A program made the translations under genes and the position numbers. The notes beneath the pieces are model-generated. The model was given only the letters and a program-made list of their open reading frames with translations, was not told the DNA's origin and did not search any database. DNA of 61,820 bases, counting the filler, from Diploschistes diacapsis (lineage: Eukaryota), in NCBI GenBank assembly GCA_023645945.1. It is 11 parts of 11 records of this genome, joined end to end, with 100 filler letters (N's around TTAATTAATTAA, not from the genome) between each part and the next. Parts side by side here need not be neighbours in the genome. Positions count along the whole stretch, not along the records: positions 33,358 to 36,837 come from JALAIB010001904.1; positions 36,938 to 40,416 come from JALAIB010001905.1; positions 40,517 to 43,989 come from JALAIB010001906.1; positions 44,090 to 47,561 come from JALAIB010001907.1; 7 more parts are not named here. One strand, given 5' to 3'. Below, piece after piece: positions 35,895 through 47,100 of this stretch; position 1 is the stretch's first letter, and each line of letters opens with the position of its first letter.

Positions 35895-36552
35895 TTGTAA
35901 AGAGCCCAACTCATGAGAATTCCTTCATGCGAGGGGGCTAAGTTTGACAGTGGGAAGTCGAAGCGGAAAATAATCAAAACGTGTGCCTAACAAGGTCGAC
36001 AGGGGTATGGATTTTGCCTCAAATGAAAGAGTCGACCTGAAGGTTAAGAGAGATAATAGAAAGGTTGGGCACCCCTGTCGCTGCGGTTGCGTTATGGCGC
36101 TGCGGGCTTCCTAGATAGGCTTAGCGTGGTTTTTAGTAGCTTGGTGGGGGCTCGTCCTAATCAGGTAGGATATTAAATGTCATTGTTTTTTTAATAAATT
36201 TTTAACGTAATTATTAAGATCTGAAATACGGTTATTTTATTTTTATGAATGTTTGTTTTTAGGCGCCGTAAGATCATCGTGGTTTTATATATTTATCATA
36301 TTTATAAAGCCAGCGCGAGGTTCTACGCCGTCTTCAGCGCCTTTTTTTTACTTCTTGCTCAATTTCAATTTTAATAAGAAGCGCACATAACCTACGTTTA
36401 TTCTTAAGGTCTGTTTGAGATTTAATCTTTAGCTCTTTCTCGTTTTTTATGATCTATATATTAACTTATCTATAGATTTATAAAAATAGTGATGCGCCGT
36501 TTGTTTTTTTTATTACGGAAATTTTTCTTGATCCTTTTTCGTTTCCGTTATA

Positions 36553-36691
36553 ACGTGTTTGACGGGGAAGTGGGCCACCCCCAGAAGTGGGCCACCTCCC
36601 ATTACAACTTTCATCTTTTTTTTCGATTTTCAACAATAGCCACGTCGAATAATACCGATTTAATCTTATTAGATTCTAATATTAACCATTA
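36553..36691 (+). mobile_element. Fot1/pogo-like DNA transposon left end
   Basis: TA|ACGTGTTTGACGGGG... with internal direct repeat GAAGTGGGCCACC x2 (36567-36579, 36584-36596). A related right end occurs at ~51560-51592. Confidence 0.65.
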
Positions 36692-36837
36692 ACGTATATG
36701 CATAGCGAGCGGACACTCATAGCGAGCGGACACCCGGCATCCGATTTTACGAACTTTCAACTTTTGTATCAATTTTCTACGCGTACGATTATGGAATCAT
36801 CTTTAATTAAAAATAGAATCATAATAACACTTTAGGC
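36692..36837 (+). mobile_element. Second Fot1/pogo-like transposon left end nested in the first, with a RIP-mutated transposase start
   Basis: TA|ACGT terminus, direct repeat CATAGCGAGCGGACAC x2 (36701-36733), then ATG at 36791 giving MESSLIKNRIIITL*, which resembles pogo N-termini (E.RI.LALQA). Confidence 0.65.
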
Positions 36838-36937
36838 NNNNNNNNNNNNNNNNNNNNNNNNNNNNNNNNNNNNNNNNNNNNTTAATTAATTAANNNNNNN
36901 NNNNNNNNNNNNNNNNNNNNNNNNNNNNNNNNNNNNN

Positions 36938-38700
36938 TATTAATAATTATTCGTAATCGATAAAATATTTGAATAATATCGAACTTGATATAAATCTTAA
37001 CTCGGATCACCCGAATTATCGTCTCGACGATTAAAAACAATAAGTATCGATTCTTCTTTATAATGTTATTTAATTCTTGATAGTCGACGTATACTTTTAA
37101 TCCGTTCCCGTTAAGTTTCTTTACGAATAAGATCGGGGACGCGTATTCCGCTGAACTGGGCGCAATAAACTTATTTATTAAATATTCTTTTAAATAAGTC
37201 TTTAGTATCTATAATTCGTTTCTCGACATTTTTCTTAACGGAACTGATTTCGGTAACACCGCGCTTTTTTTTAATTTAATCTTATAATTTTATTAGGGTC
37301 AATACGGGAATAGCTCGTTAACTTTTTCGTAATTAAACATATTTAAATAATCGTGATACTTTTTAGGTATTAGGTCCCGAAGGTTCTTCGTCGTCATTTC
37401 TTATCTTTTTTTTTTCTTTAACTGTTGATCGATCTCTTTTATAAAAATAACGAATATTTTTACCCCGATCTATCGGCTGGCGACATCGAAGGCTGCGGCG
37501 TTGATAACGTAGGTTCGATTAAAATTATTATTCGTGCAGGCTCGTTTATCGGTCTCACGAAAGATAAACGAGTAAGTTAAATCTTTTGTATTAATTCTAT
37601 TATTATTATCTATTATTCTACGCGGTAAGATCTTAATGATTAGAGGCCTGTCGTTCCTAATCGTTTCGGGATCTAATCGTGGAACAACTAAGGCTTTCTC
37701 GACTTCCTTTTATCCCTTGACGGGTGGTAATCCTAGGTAATTGCAGTAATTTAGTTTGAAGGTCATTTTAGAGATAACACAGTCTATTATCGCGTTATAT
37801 AAATAAAGCTATTTTTTATCAATAATCACGCGGTGCTTCCCGATCTTTAACAAGATATAAAAGAGAGTTATATTACTAGGGTGGTTTTTTAACTGGATTA
37901 ATAAATAAAGGGCGTAAATAATAGGCCGTTATGATTTATCGTCGACGTAGGTGTTGTTTATTTTTTTCGATAGTTTTATCGGGGTGAGATTAAACCGGTT
38001 TCCGAGCTATTCGGCGAATTTTTTATTAATAAAATACATTCCGTTAACTTCCGTGTCGATTAATATTAAGGTTCTGAAACTCTTATATCTTTTTCCTAGT
38101 ATTATATCTACCGTTAGTGCGGGCGTAGTTAGGAATTTCTCGTTTAAAGTTCTTATGATCGTTAAATTATACTGCCGGGACGCTTCTTTATCGTCGTCGT
38201 TTACCTATTCGTTAGATCCTTTATTTAGGGTTTATAAAAAGGTTAATTTTTTTCCGATTTAGATTCTCGTTCGAGGTAATTATTGACGAAGTATTCTTTC
38301 TTATAATAATTATAATAGGTTTTATTGTTGATCTATTTTTTAATAAACATGGTTAGTTTTTCGCTGATTATTTCGGCGGAAGTCTTGGTTTCTTTCTTAT
38401 CACGATCCTTATAAGTCCGCCGAGGGCGAGAGGTGTATAAACTATTGTTTCGGATACTGGTCGCGAAAGTGATTGTCTTATTATGATTGTTTACTTTTAT
38501 GTGTCGGTCGAGTATATATAATTTATTTTTTATTTCTCGGATCGTTCTAGGGTTTCGATTATAAAAAATAATTTAAAAACAATATATTAACTTTTTTTTT
38601 ATATTTAATATTTAATTTTTTTCGGGGATCTTTATTTCGATTATAAGTACCGTAAATTAAATTAAAAATTCGTTAAATTCGTTATTATTTTATTATAGCT
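36938..38700 (-). mobile_element. RIP-degraded Ty3/Gypsy retrotransposon (gag end, protease, RT N-terminus)
   Basis: Minus-strand translation gives LIDTEVNGMYFIN near 38060 (a DTG protease motif after reversing G>A). At 36940-37250 it gives MSRNEL*ILK.YL, SSAEYASPILFVKK.NG.GLKVYVDYQELN.IIKKNRY and KFDIIQ.FYRLRI. Confidence 0.9.
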
Positions 38701-38703
38701 TCC

Positions 38704-40416
38704 TGTTGAGCAGACAGGCAGAAGGCATGGCTGGGAGTTCGACTGAGTTCTAGAGGGAGGTCCAGTTCTACTGAACTCCGAGGTTCAGTTCAGCTGAACC
38801 TCCTGGAATTCCAACTAGACCGATTAGGGAATAGTATAAATAATAGAACTTAACGTATCTCACGAGGATAAAAGTCTATAAAATAAAATAACCTCCTTAT
38901 AAAGACCTTTAGACTTCAATACATCCATTACGTTATTAAACAGGTTATAAACCCGAATTTATATTTACTTTATTACGCTTAATCGTTTATTAAAATTACG
39001 TCTCCCGGTAATAATACGGATACGAGCGCGAACACCGATTACGTTACCTAACGTAAATTAAATCGAAGAGATCCGAAAACCTGGGATCTAAATCATAAGA
39101 CCCTAAAATAAACCGATTTAAAAGTAGAAGGTATACTACTATAAAAGATCGCGGGACCTTATTACGCTGGCCAAAAATAGGCCTAAATAAGAAGTACTTG
39201 GATCCAGACCTTCATCTATATAAACTAAAGAAAAACCTCTTCTTCTTCCTTTCGTCAATAATCGAAATTCAGCTAAACCTTGCTAAACCCTTTTCGATCA
39301 TCTTTAATTTTATTACAGAGGATCACCCTTTATATCATTCATTAATCATTTATTAACTACGAGTTATTCATTTAATAAATCTTTTTTGTTTTACGAAAAT
39401 AACAACAAGATGGACGACATTTTATCTAAAAAACGGATTGCCCCTATCCTAAAGAAAAAGAATCAACAGTAATGATTCGAGCTCATACGTATATACCTTA
39501 AAAATAAAAAGATAAACTACGTTCTTGATAATTAATTATCAATATCGCCTATTATAGATACCCTAGATAACTCAATATCATCTACTTTTACTGATTTAGG
39601 TTCAGCTTTGGACAAAACACCTGAACAATAAAAGAAAGATCAATCTAAAGTAAACTACCAAATTATAATCTATACGGGGAAGATTGATCAAGAACGTTTT
39701 CGTGGTTTATCTATTATAAAAGCTAGATGAGATTCTTTAAAGATAAAATACCAAACGATAACTAAACCTGAACGTCGGTAACTGAACCTTAAATTCGCCA
39801 GTTATAAACTCAAAAAAACACGATCATTTAGGAAGCATAATTATATTTAATAAAACTTTTAAAAAAGCTATCGTACGGACGAGAAAAATACGTACTAAAG
39901 ATTTTTTTTTAATAATTATTTATAGTATTACCGTTTAATTATAAAGTCATTATCGACGTTATTAATACTTAGATCGATGATGTCTTATCCGTCAATATCG
40001 ATTTCGATAAATAGCTCAACAGGCTCACCGATAAGCAAGATAAGCTAATAAAAGAGATTATAGCATATTTCCTGCGTTATAGAAGATCATAGTATCCTAA
40101 AAGCTTCCGTTCTCGCTCCTAAAAACGATCCGACGAAAAACGACGCCGCAATTCTAGCCTAAAAGAAGGATATTTATTTTATAATGGCGATAATCATCGC
40201 GCGATACGATACAAGCTCGTTAAAAAGTTTAAAAAAATGATTATCGTAACAAAAAACAAGAAGCGAGAAAAAGAAAAAGGATCCCGAGATATCCGCGATA
40301 AGAAAAGCAAGAACAAGCGCGCCTACAATATAGAAGGTTTAGACGATAAAAGTTCAAAAAGTTTAGAATCTGAACTTAAACCTAAACCTTAATTATATAA
40401 TAATGAAGTTAATAAT
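38704..40416 (+). mobile_element. RIP-degraded Ty1/Copia retrotransposon 5' part: LTR 38704-38942, PBS, gag
   Basis: TGTTG...CA LTR followed directly by GGTTATAAACCC (RIP form of the copia-type GGTTATGAGCCC PBS). gag starts at ATG 39410. Zinc knuckle GYLFYNGDNHRAIRY at ~40168-40212 equals CX2CX4HX4C with TGY>TAY changes. Confidence 0.85.
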
Positions 40417-40516
40417 NNNNNNNNNNNNNNNNNNNNNNNNNNNNNNNNNNNNNNNNNNNNTTAATTAATTAANNNNNNNNNNNNNNNNNNNNNNNNNNNN
40501 NNNNNNNNNNNNNNNN

Positions 40517-41154
40517 GTAACGATTAATAAATAAAATAATTCGTTCGATCATTACGTCGTTTCGATTTTATAAATCGCGATCATTATTTTATAAACGACG
40601 CGTTTTTATAATGGTTTTTTTAATTTTGATATCGTTTTCGGCGATAATCGACGGCGAATCAATACCTTATTACCGATATCGATAAAACGCGTCGAATTCC
40701 GCCGTAAATAAATTGAAAACGTCCGCGACGACGAATAAACGCGTTCTTTTTTTAAAAAGGCCCGAAAGGAAGTTGTAAAACCTTTTAACCGGAAGCAAAA
40801 GTATTAACGACGGCGAAAGAACGCGATCGGGATCGGGGCACGGCGGATATAAAAAAGATGTTATCAAGGCGGGCGAGCTCGTTCGAAAATAAATCGAAGA
40901 TTTAGACATCGGGTGGATCGTTAACGTCGATAATGACATTGAAAGTGATGGTCAGGTGCGTAAGCCGATTAAACGTATATTTATTAAAAATATATTAATA
41001 AAAAAAATTAAAGTAAGCAATAAAAAAATAAATAAGATAAAGTTTTCGAAGTAGTTGATGCTCCATACAAATCTATAGGGTGGAATAAGTACTCCCGGAA
41101 AATCCGACACATCTATAAATTACAAATGCTCCATAAAGCAGAATAACACTTCCC
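40517..41154 (+). mobile_element. 3' end of a RIP-mutated DNA element (terminus ...GAATAACACTTCCC; MULE-like by its GGG terminus, superfamily uncertain)
   Basis: Inverted homologue of 43423-43989. A stop-riddled ORF remnant runs toward the terminus. Confidence 0.65.
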
Positions 41155-41459
41155 AATAAATCTACCCAGTTTTTTAAGCCTAGATTTTTAAGTTAATACT
41201 TACTGCTTCGCTTAGGAACTTAGAGGCTACTTACCAACACATGATATTATCCATCGTACAATTCACCTTCAAGTTGACTAGGCACCTTAATAATTTTATA
41301 ATATCTAACTTTTAGTTCTTTCGAGACCGCTGACAATCAACCGGCCCAGTTTTTCTTCAACGCCAGCGGTACAGCTGTCAATGTTCACCCAACAAAAACA
41401 ACTCCTAATGCGCCCCTTCTCGCCTGTCAGTACGGTCATCGGCGCATCAATAGCTACCT

Positions 41460-43218
41460 TTAGACGTTCCCTTCACAACGTCTAACAAGCAGACCGCCGG
41501 AAGCCATTGCTCCCTTTACTTCCTGCACAGTATATGTGCCTCGATGGAACTGTGTAACATAAACAAAGGCAACACACTTTATCAAGGGCACATACCATCC
41601 CAGCACCTAGTGCGGCATCCACGGAAGTACGCTCGAAAACCTCGACGAAATGCGCAGGGTTCCCTGCACCGCTGGATGCAATGATTGGAATCTTGGATTT
41701 GTGCTTTGTATCTTGAATGAGTTCGTAGTCGAATCCGTTACCGGCGCCGTCTTTATCAATACTGTTAAGTAAGATCTCACCAGCCCCCATTGCTTCAACG
41801 GCTCGCAGTAGTTGCCGAACATCCAAATCTCTGCCCTGCCTCCCGCCATTGATCGTGCACTGGTACCAGCAAAACTCCTCGCCTTTCGGACCAGGGAACT
41901 CTGTGCGAATGGTATGGTGGGATGTCTCTAAAGGTGACTTAACGAACACTCGTCGAGGATCGATACTAACCACAACAGCTTGGTTACCGTACGCCGCCGA
42001 TATCGTTTCGATTGAGGTCTTCCCGGATAGCTTCTGACCGCTTTTGAAATACTCCTCAGCTGCCAACACGGCATCCGAGCCTATACTGACCTTGTCTGCT
42101 CCTGACTGAAAATACATCGTGGCCACATCTAAGGCTGGCACGACCTTACCATTAACATCATCGGTAGCACGAATGCCTCCACCAATCGTCAGAGGAACGA
42201 AAACGGTTTCGGACGTCCTTCTTAGGATCTCGAGCATTGGCTGGTCATTTAGAGGACAATTGCGGAAAGATGTAATGTTGAGAAAAGCTATTTCGTCTGC
42301 CCCTTGCTCGTAGTAACGTCGAGCCATGTCCACAGGTTTTCCAAGATTACGGACCTGACCTGACGCTCTATGTGGGCCTTTCTCACGCACGTCATACTGA
42401 TCGCCCTTTGTGACGACAAGATCTCCGCTGTCGTTGGCCCGCACATCGAGACATGCAATGATCCTGTGGGTAAGTCCAGGTGGTACAGCAGTAGTAATCT
42501 CATCCTCTGAATAATGGGCCCATTCATCTCCGCGAAGGAAAGCGCGGATCACCCTGAGCCCTGCAGCGCCACTTTTCTCGGGGTGAAATTGGGTAGCAAA
42601 AACCTTTCCTTTCCCAATTGCCCCAATAAACTCTTGCTCGCCGTACCTTGCAGTGGCTACCGTCCAACCCTGACTTTCTAGTTCACCGGCGCTATAAGGA
42701 GCGGCATACGAATGAACGTAGTAGTATTTGCTCTGGGGACGAAGGCCATAAAAGCTTTTTGTCCCGCCGAATGTCGGCCCATGAGTTTTTGCCGAGTTCC
42801 AGCCAATGTGTGGCACGCTCTTGCTTTCGCCATCAAATCGCGTTAGACTACCTGGGATGATCCCCAGTCCGGGGACGTTTGCGTCTTCTGCTGAGCCAGT
42901 AAACAGAGCCTGCAGTCCAACGCAGATTCCAAGGAATGGCTTGCCCTGGTTGATGTGTGTTGACACAGCGTCCAGGAATCGTCCTTGGGCAAGCTGACCA
43001 AGGCAGTGGCCAAAATGACCTACGCCAGGGAGAATAAGGTTCTATTTAACATTAACTAGGGCTCTCGCTTTTTCTCATCTTCCAAATCCTCATACATCAG
43101 CTTTTTCAATATCCTCTGGCTCTTTGATCCACTGTACAGAATACCCAAGCTTTCTTATAGCATTTACTAGAGACCTAACATTACCAGCCACATAGTCCAA
43201 TAGATATACTGTTGACAT
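41460..43218 (-). CDS. HIS7: Imidazole glycerol phosphate synthase HisHF
   Basis: Introns 43042-43095 and 41550-41595. Motifs LLDYVAGNVRSL, ILPGVGHFG, GICVGLQ, QFHPEKSG, IIACLDVR.ND.GDLVVTKGDQYDVRE, IASSGAG, GMFHRG. Frame is intact. Confidence 0.97.
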
Positions 43219-43422
43219 TATCTTTATTTAAGCCTTGTTATGTATAGAAAGGCAGTAAGGTTAGTCTTAAAACAGCCACGTTGCGGAGTATAATTGTGAT
43301 CCTAGTACCCGAACATATGATATGATACACTAACAAAATCACAACAATAAATATTTAAAATAAAATATCTCCAAAAATGATTAATCTAAATCAAATAACA
43401 GTTAACATATTGGACGGTAATT

Positions 43423-43989
43423 GGGAAGTGTTATTCTGCCTTGTGGAGCACCTGTAATTTATAGATGTGTTGGATTTTCCGGGAGTACTTACTGCACCAT
43501 ATAAATTTATATGGAGCATCAGATACTTCGAAAACTTTATTCTATTTTTTTATTTACTTATTATTTATTTTTCTTTTTTCTTTTATTTTCTTTCTTTTAT
43601 TAACATATTTAATAAATATACGATATTTAATCTATTTACGTTCTTGTTCGCGACTTTCGAAATCGTTATCGACGTCAACGATCTTAACGACGTCTAAATC
43701 TTTGATTTATTTTCGGATAAGGTTGCCCGTCTCGATAATATTCTTCCTACGTTTACCGCGCTCGATCCCGATCGCGTCTTTTCGTTATCGTTAATACTTT
43801 TATTTTTAGTTAAAAGGTTTTATAACTTCTTTTCGGGTCTTTTTAAAAGAAGAACGCGTTTATTCGCCGTCGCGGACGGTTTTAAAATATTTACGGCGGA
43901 ATTCGACGCGTTTTAATCGTACGTAAACAATTTTAGATTTTTATAATAAAAAATAAAAACATTACGTTTTATCGATATCGATAATAACG
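43423..43989 (-). mobile_element. Second, inverted copy of the same element end
   Basis: GGGAAGTGTTATTCTGCCTTGTGGAGCACCTGTAATTTATAGATGTGTTGGATTTTCCGGGAGTACTTA is the reverse complement of 41086-41154 apart from transitions. Homology continues for ~500 bp. Confidence 0.7.
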
Positions 43990-45021
43990 NNNNNNNNNNN
44001 NNNNNNNNNNNNNNNNNNNNNNNNNNNNNNNNNTTAATTAATTAANNNNNNNNNNNNNNNNNNNNNNNNNNNNNNNNNNNNNNNNNNNNGGGAGGGGGGT
44101 GTGTAGGTTAGGGGAATTTGTTTTGGGATATATGGTTGTTTGAAGGAGAAGCTGGAAGAGGAGGGAGGGGAAGACAATAGAGTTTGCAGCTCGGTGATAT
44201 CTCAGGTTCAGGTTTCCTTGCAGAAATATATTCTACTCGTACGTACGCCGAGAACATTGTAAGATCTTCCTCGGATGTTAATACTCAGTTCTCCTTTGAT
44301 GGAAGTGGCAGGTATAAGTCATTGAATCAATCCCCTGTATGCTTGAGAACAATGTCTAGCTTCGCTAGGGAAAGAAGAATTCCCGCACGACTCGTATGGC
44401 GTAGGCTCACGGCTGAGTAAGTCTTAGTCACTGGCTGTAGAGTGACTTAAAGAGGCAAATTAATCGCACACAGTTATGTTCGCTCTGATTATCTGATGAT
44501 AGCTTATTGTACTTCACCCTGCTGTTTCGTCCCCTGATATGGCCTAGTGCTTAGACTAGCAGGAGGCAAAGGAAAGCTGGTTGCTAAACTTTAATCGCAG
44601 AGGCCGGATTGATTCTTCGCAATGACTTATGGCTTGACCAGAGCTTTAGTAGCCAAAAGGGGGTGAAATCGATGACAATATAACAGCTTCACTGGTAAGT
44701 CCGTATGTGATTTGAAAGATCCTCACTTTTTTTTATATGTCGAGCACTTGTTTTGTTCGCCTTGAGAATATTTTCGCCACATCATATGCAACTAGTCGCA
44801 GGTCCTCCTGTACGTGCTCCATATCCCTTCATTGCCAATTATTGCAATCACAACGACCGCTAGGTCAGGGCAGGCAACTTTAAGGCTGTTTAGAACGGCT
44901 GTGAAGTCCCGCAACGTTCTTTCGAGTGCAAGCTTAATTGCTCCCCCAGCGCATCGTCCCCTTATGTCTGTAGAAGGCAGATGGGGGCCATCTGTCCATG
45001 ACAAGCAAGCTTGACCAATAT

Positions 45022-47100
45022 TCACTTTGTATGGGGGCCAGTAGATAGACTAGTTCGCTGTCTGGTAGACGCCTGGATCAATAAAAGGAACTTTCAAGAA
45101 GACTTCGACAATCAAGTATATCAGAACACATAGAAGAGTGCGAAAGCAACCACGCCTATTACGAGCACAACGAGTATTGGGTAGATATAACCCTTGATCC
45201 ATAGCCGTAGCGACAACATCTCTCTGAGTAAGTTGAAAACACCCCTAAAGGCAGCAGCAAAGGGAAACATATAGGAACCCACCAGATATGATTCCGATAC
45301 AGGATATTTTCCAAAGAATGATCTCTCCGTGGTCGAGTGGAAAAGGGTTCCGAAAGCCAAAGCATGTAAAGCACCGTAGAGAATGCCACATAATATAATG
45401 CAAACACACTTTAAAAGGGTGCAAAGCCACATAATTTTGACTATAAAGGAAAAGCCCTCTGAGGCGTCCATGAAAAGTTCCGAAGGGCACCATCAGGAGA
45501 AAGAGGGAGGTCCGCCAGCGATCAGTGAAAGTAGTTTTTGCAATGTTGTTTGGCGCTTCGTGATCGAGTGGCCGATCGATACAAGAGAGTCCCCAAGGGA
45601 ATCTCGATGCCCACTGTAGGCGCGCCAGTGCCACTTCATCCGTTTCGTAGTAGCCTCTTGAACTGTACAACGGAACTTGTGCTAGGAACAGCATCTTGAC
45701 ACTGCAAAAGGATGATTGAGGGTGAGGTTGAAGTGAACGTAAAATGCTTGAGAGATCCATCAATGCCCTGGAAAGATTTGGTTTTCGTCCCGTCATTTTT
45801 CTTAGTAATGGAAGATGATCGTAAACGCCGTAGATCACCACATCGAAGCGCCACCAGTTTATCTGCTTTCAGCCTCCAACACCACGTGAACGCAAAAATG
45901 CTTGTTTGAAGAAATCCAAGTCCGTTTCCCTTGAGATACTATGCGGTATCCATCGATAAAACTCACGCATGTCTATCGCTTCCAAACGATTTTCAACCGC
46001 ATCACCCATGTCACTCGTTGAGCCGCCCTTCCAATTGTTGCCTCTTGAGTAGACGATGGCATTGAACTGGTGGTAGAAACGATTCTTCTGCGCACAACGA
46101 TCGTATTGCTCCGAAGATTTCGAGTATATCAATGGTTTCGACCACCAGAAACTGTATATGAAGAGAGCACATATAGCGTGAGCAAATGCACTCGGCTCGA
46201 AGGCGGCTTAGGAATTGTGAACAGAACCAAAGAGCTTGGCTGCAAACAAGTGTCTCAGTTAGAATGGTTGGTTTTTGCTCTTATCTTTAAAGTCTAGGGT
46301 AGAAATGTCAGGAATGATCTCCTCGTAACCATTTTCCAGGCACCAGATGATGAACCGAGGGCTAAGCACTATCCGATCTAAGCCACGGGCCCATATCGTA
46401 ACTGGATCGTTTGACACGTCGAACGCTAGGCAGCACATGAGAAAGAAGAAACCTATGCTGAAGAAATGCTCCTTTCTTCGGAGGTCTTGCATCTATGATG
46501 CTGACCCCAAACTGTAGCAATTAGACTCCACGGATCGGCCCAAGCTATAGTGTACTTTGTAGTGGTAACAAGACACTTTTTGCTCTATATTTGATATACC
46601 TCCAGGTTATCAGTGTGAGTGGCTTCGGAAATAGATCGAACACCGAGTGCACGTAGCCGCTTTGGAGCTTCACCTTGGCCTGACTTTCCCTCTCCGATAC
46701 CTAATGAATACTTCCTTACGAGCAGCTTCCTTTAAATCCATCCTGATAAGCGTAGAGACCAAGAACGAGATGTTTCATAGCCATATATCTTATCGCGCAC
46801 TGCTCCTATCGCTATCGAGTCCCTCCTCTGGGCCCATGATATGTGCTCGGGTGCAAGCAGAGCGGTTAACAGCCGACGAACTTTCGCAAAGGCTCTTGCC
46901 GTGTTACTCGTCTTGTGGGCTGGAATATTCAGATGTATTAGACTGTACACCCAGAGTCCCAGAGTGATGATACCTGCCAGCAATAAGCTCGATGTGCCTC
47001 GACCGTTGGGGTCAGGCTGCCATAAGGCGTGCTCGGTGATGTTTCCAAATATTGGGAGCACCATTACGATGTGAGCTTTGGAATCCGAGGACGAAGACAT
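45022..47100 (-). pseudogene. Pseudogene of a widespread fungal multi-pass membrane protein family of unknown function
   Basis: Family motifs are scattered over different frames: WQPDPNGRGT..LL...IHLNIP, LLAPE, KDKSK, HAICALFIYSFWWSKPLDI, YGALHALA, LWKISCI, YLIVEVF...GVYQTAN*SIYWP. Several stops and frameshifts. Confidence 0.75.

Noticed and set aside
36938..40416. Possible mitochondrial or bacterial AT-rich insert
   Set aside because: Translation recovers stop-riddled retrotransposon motifs with transition-only damage, which indicates RIP-mutated nuclear transposons.
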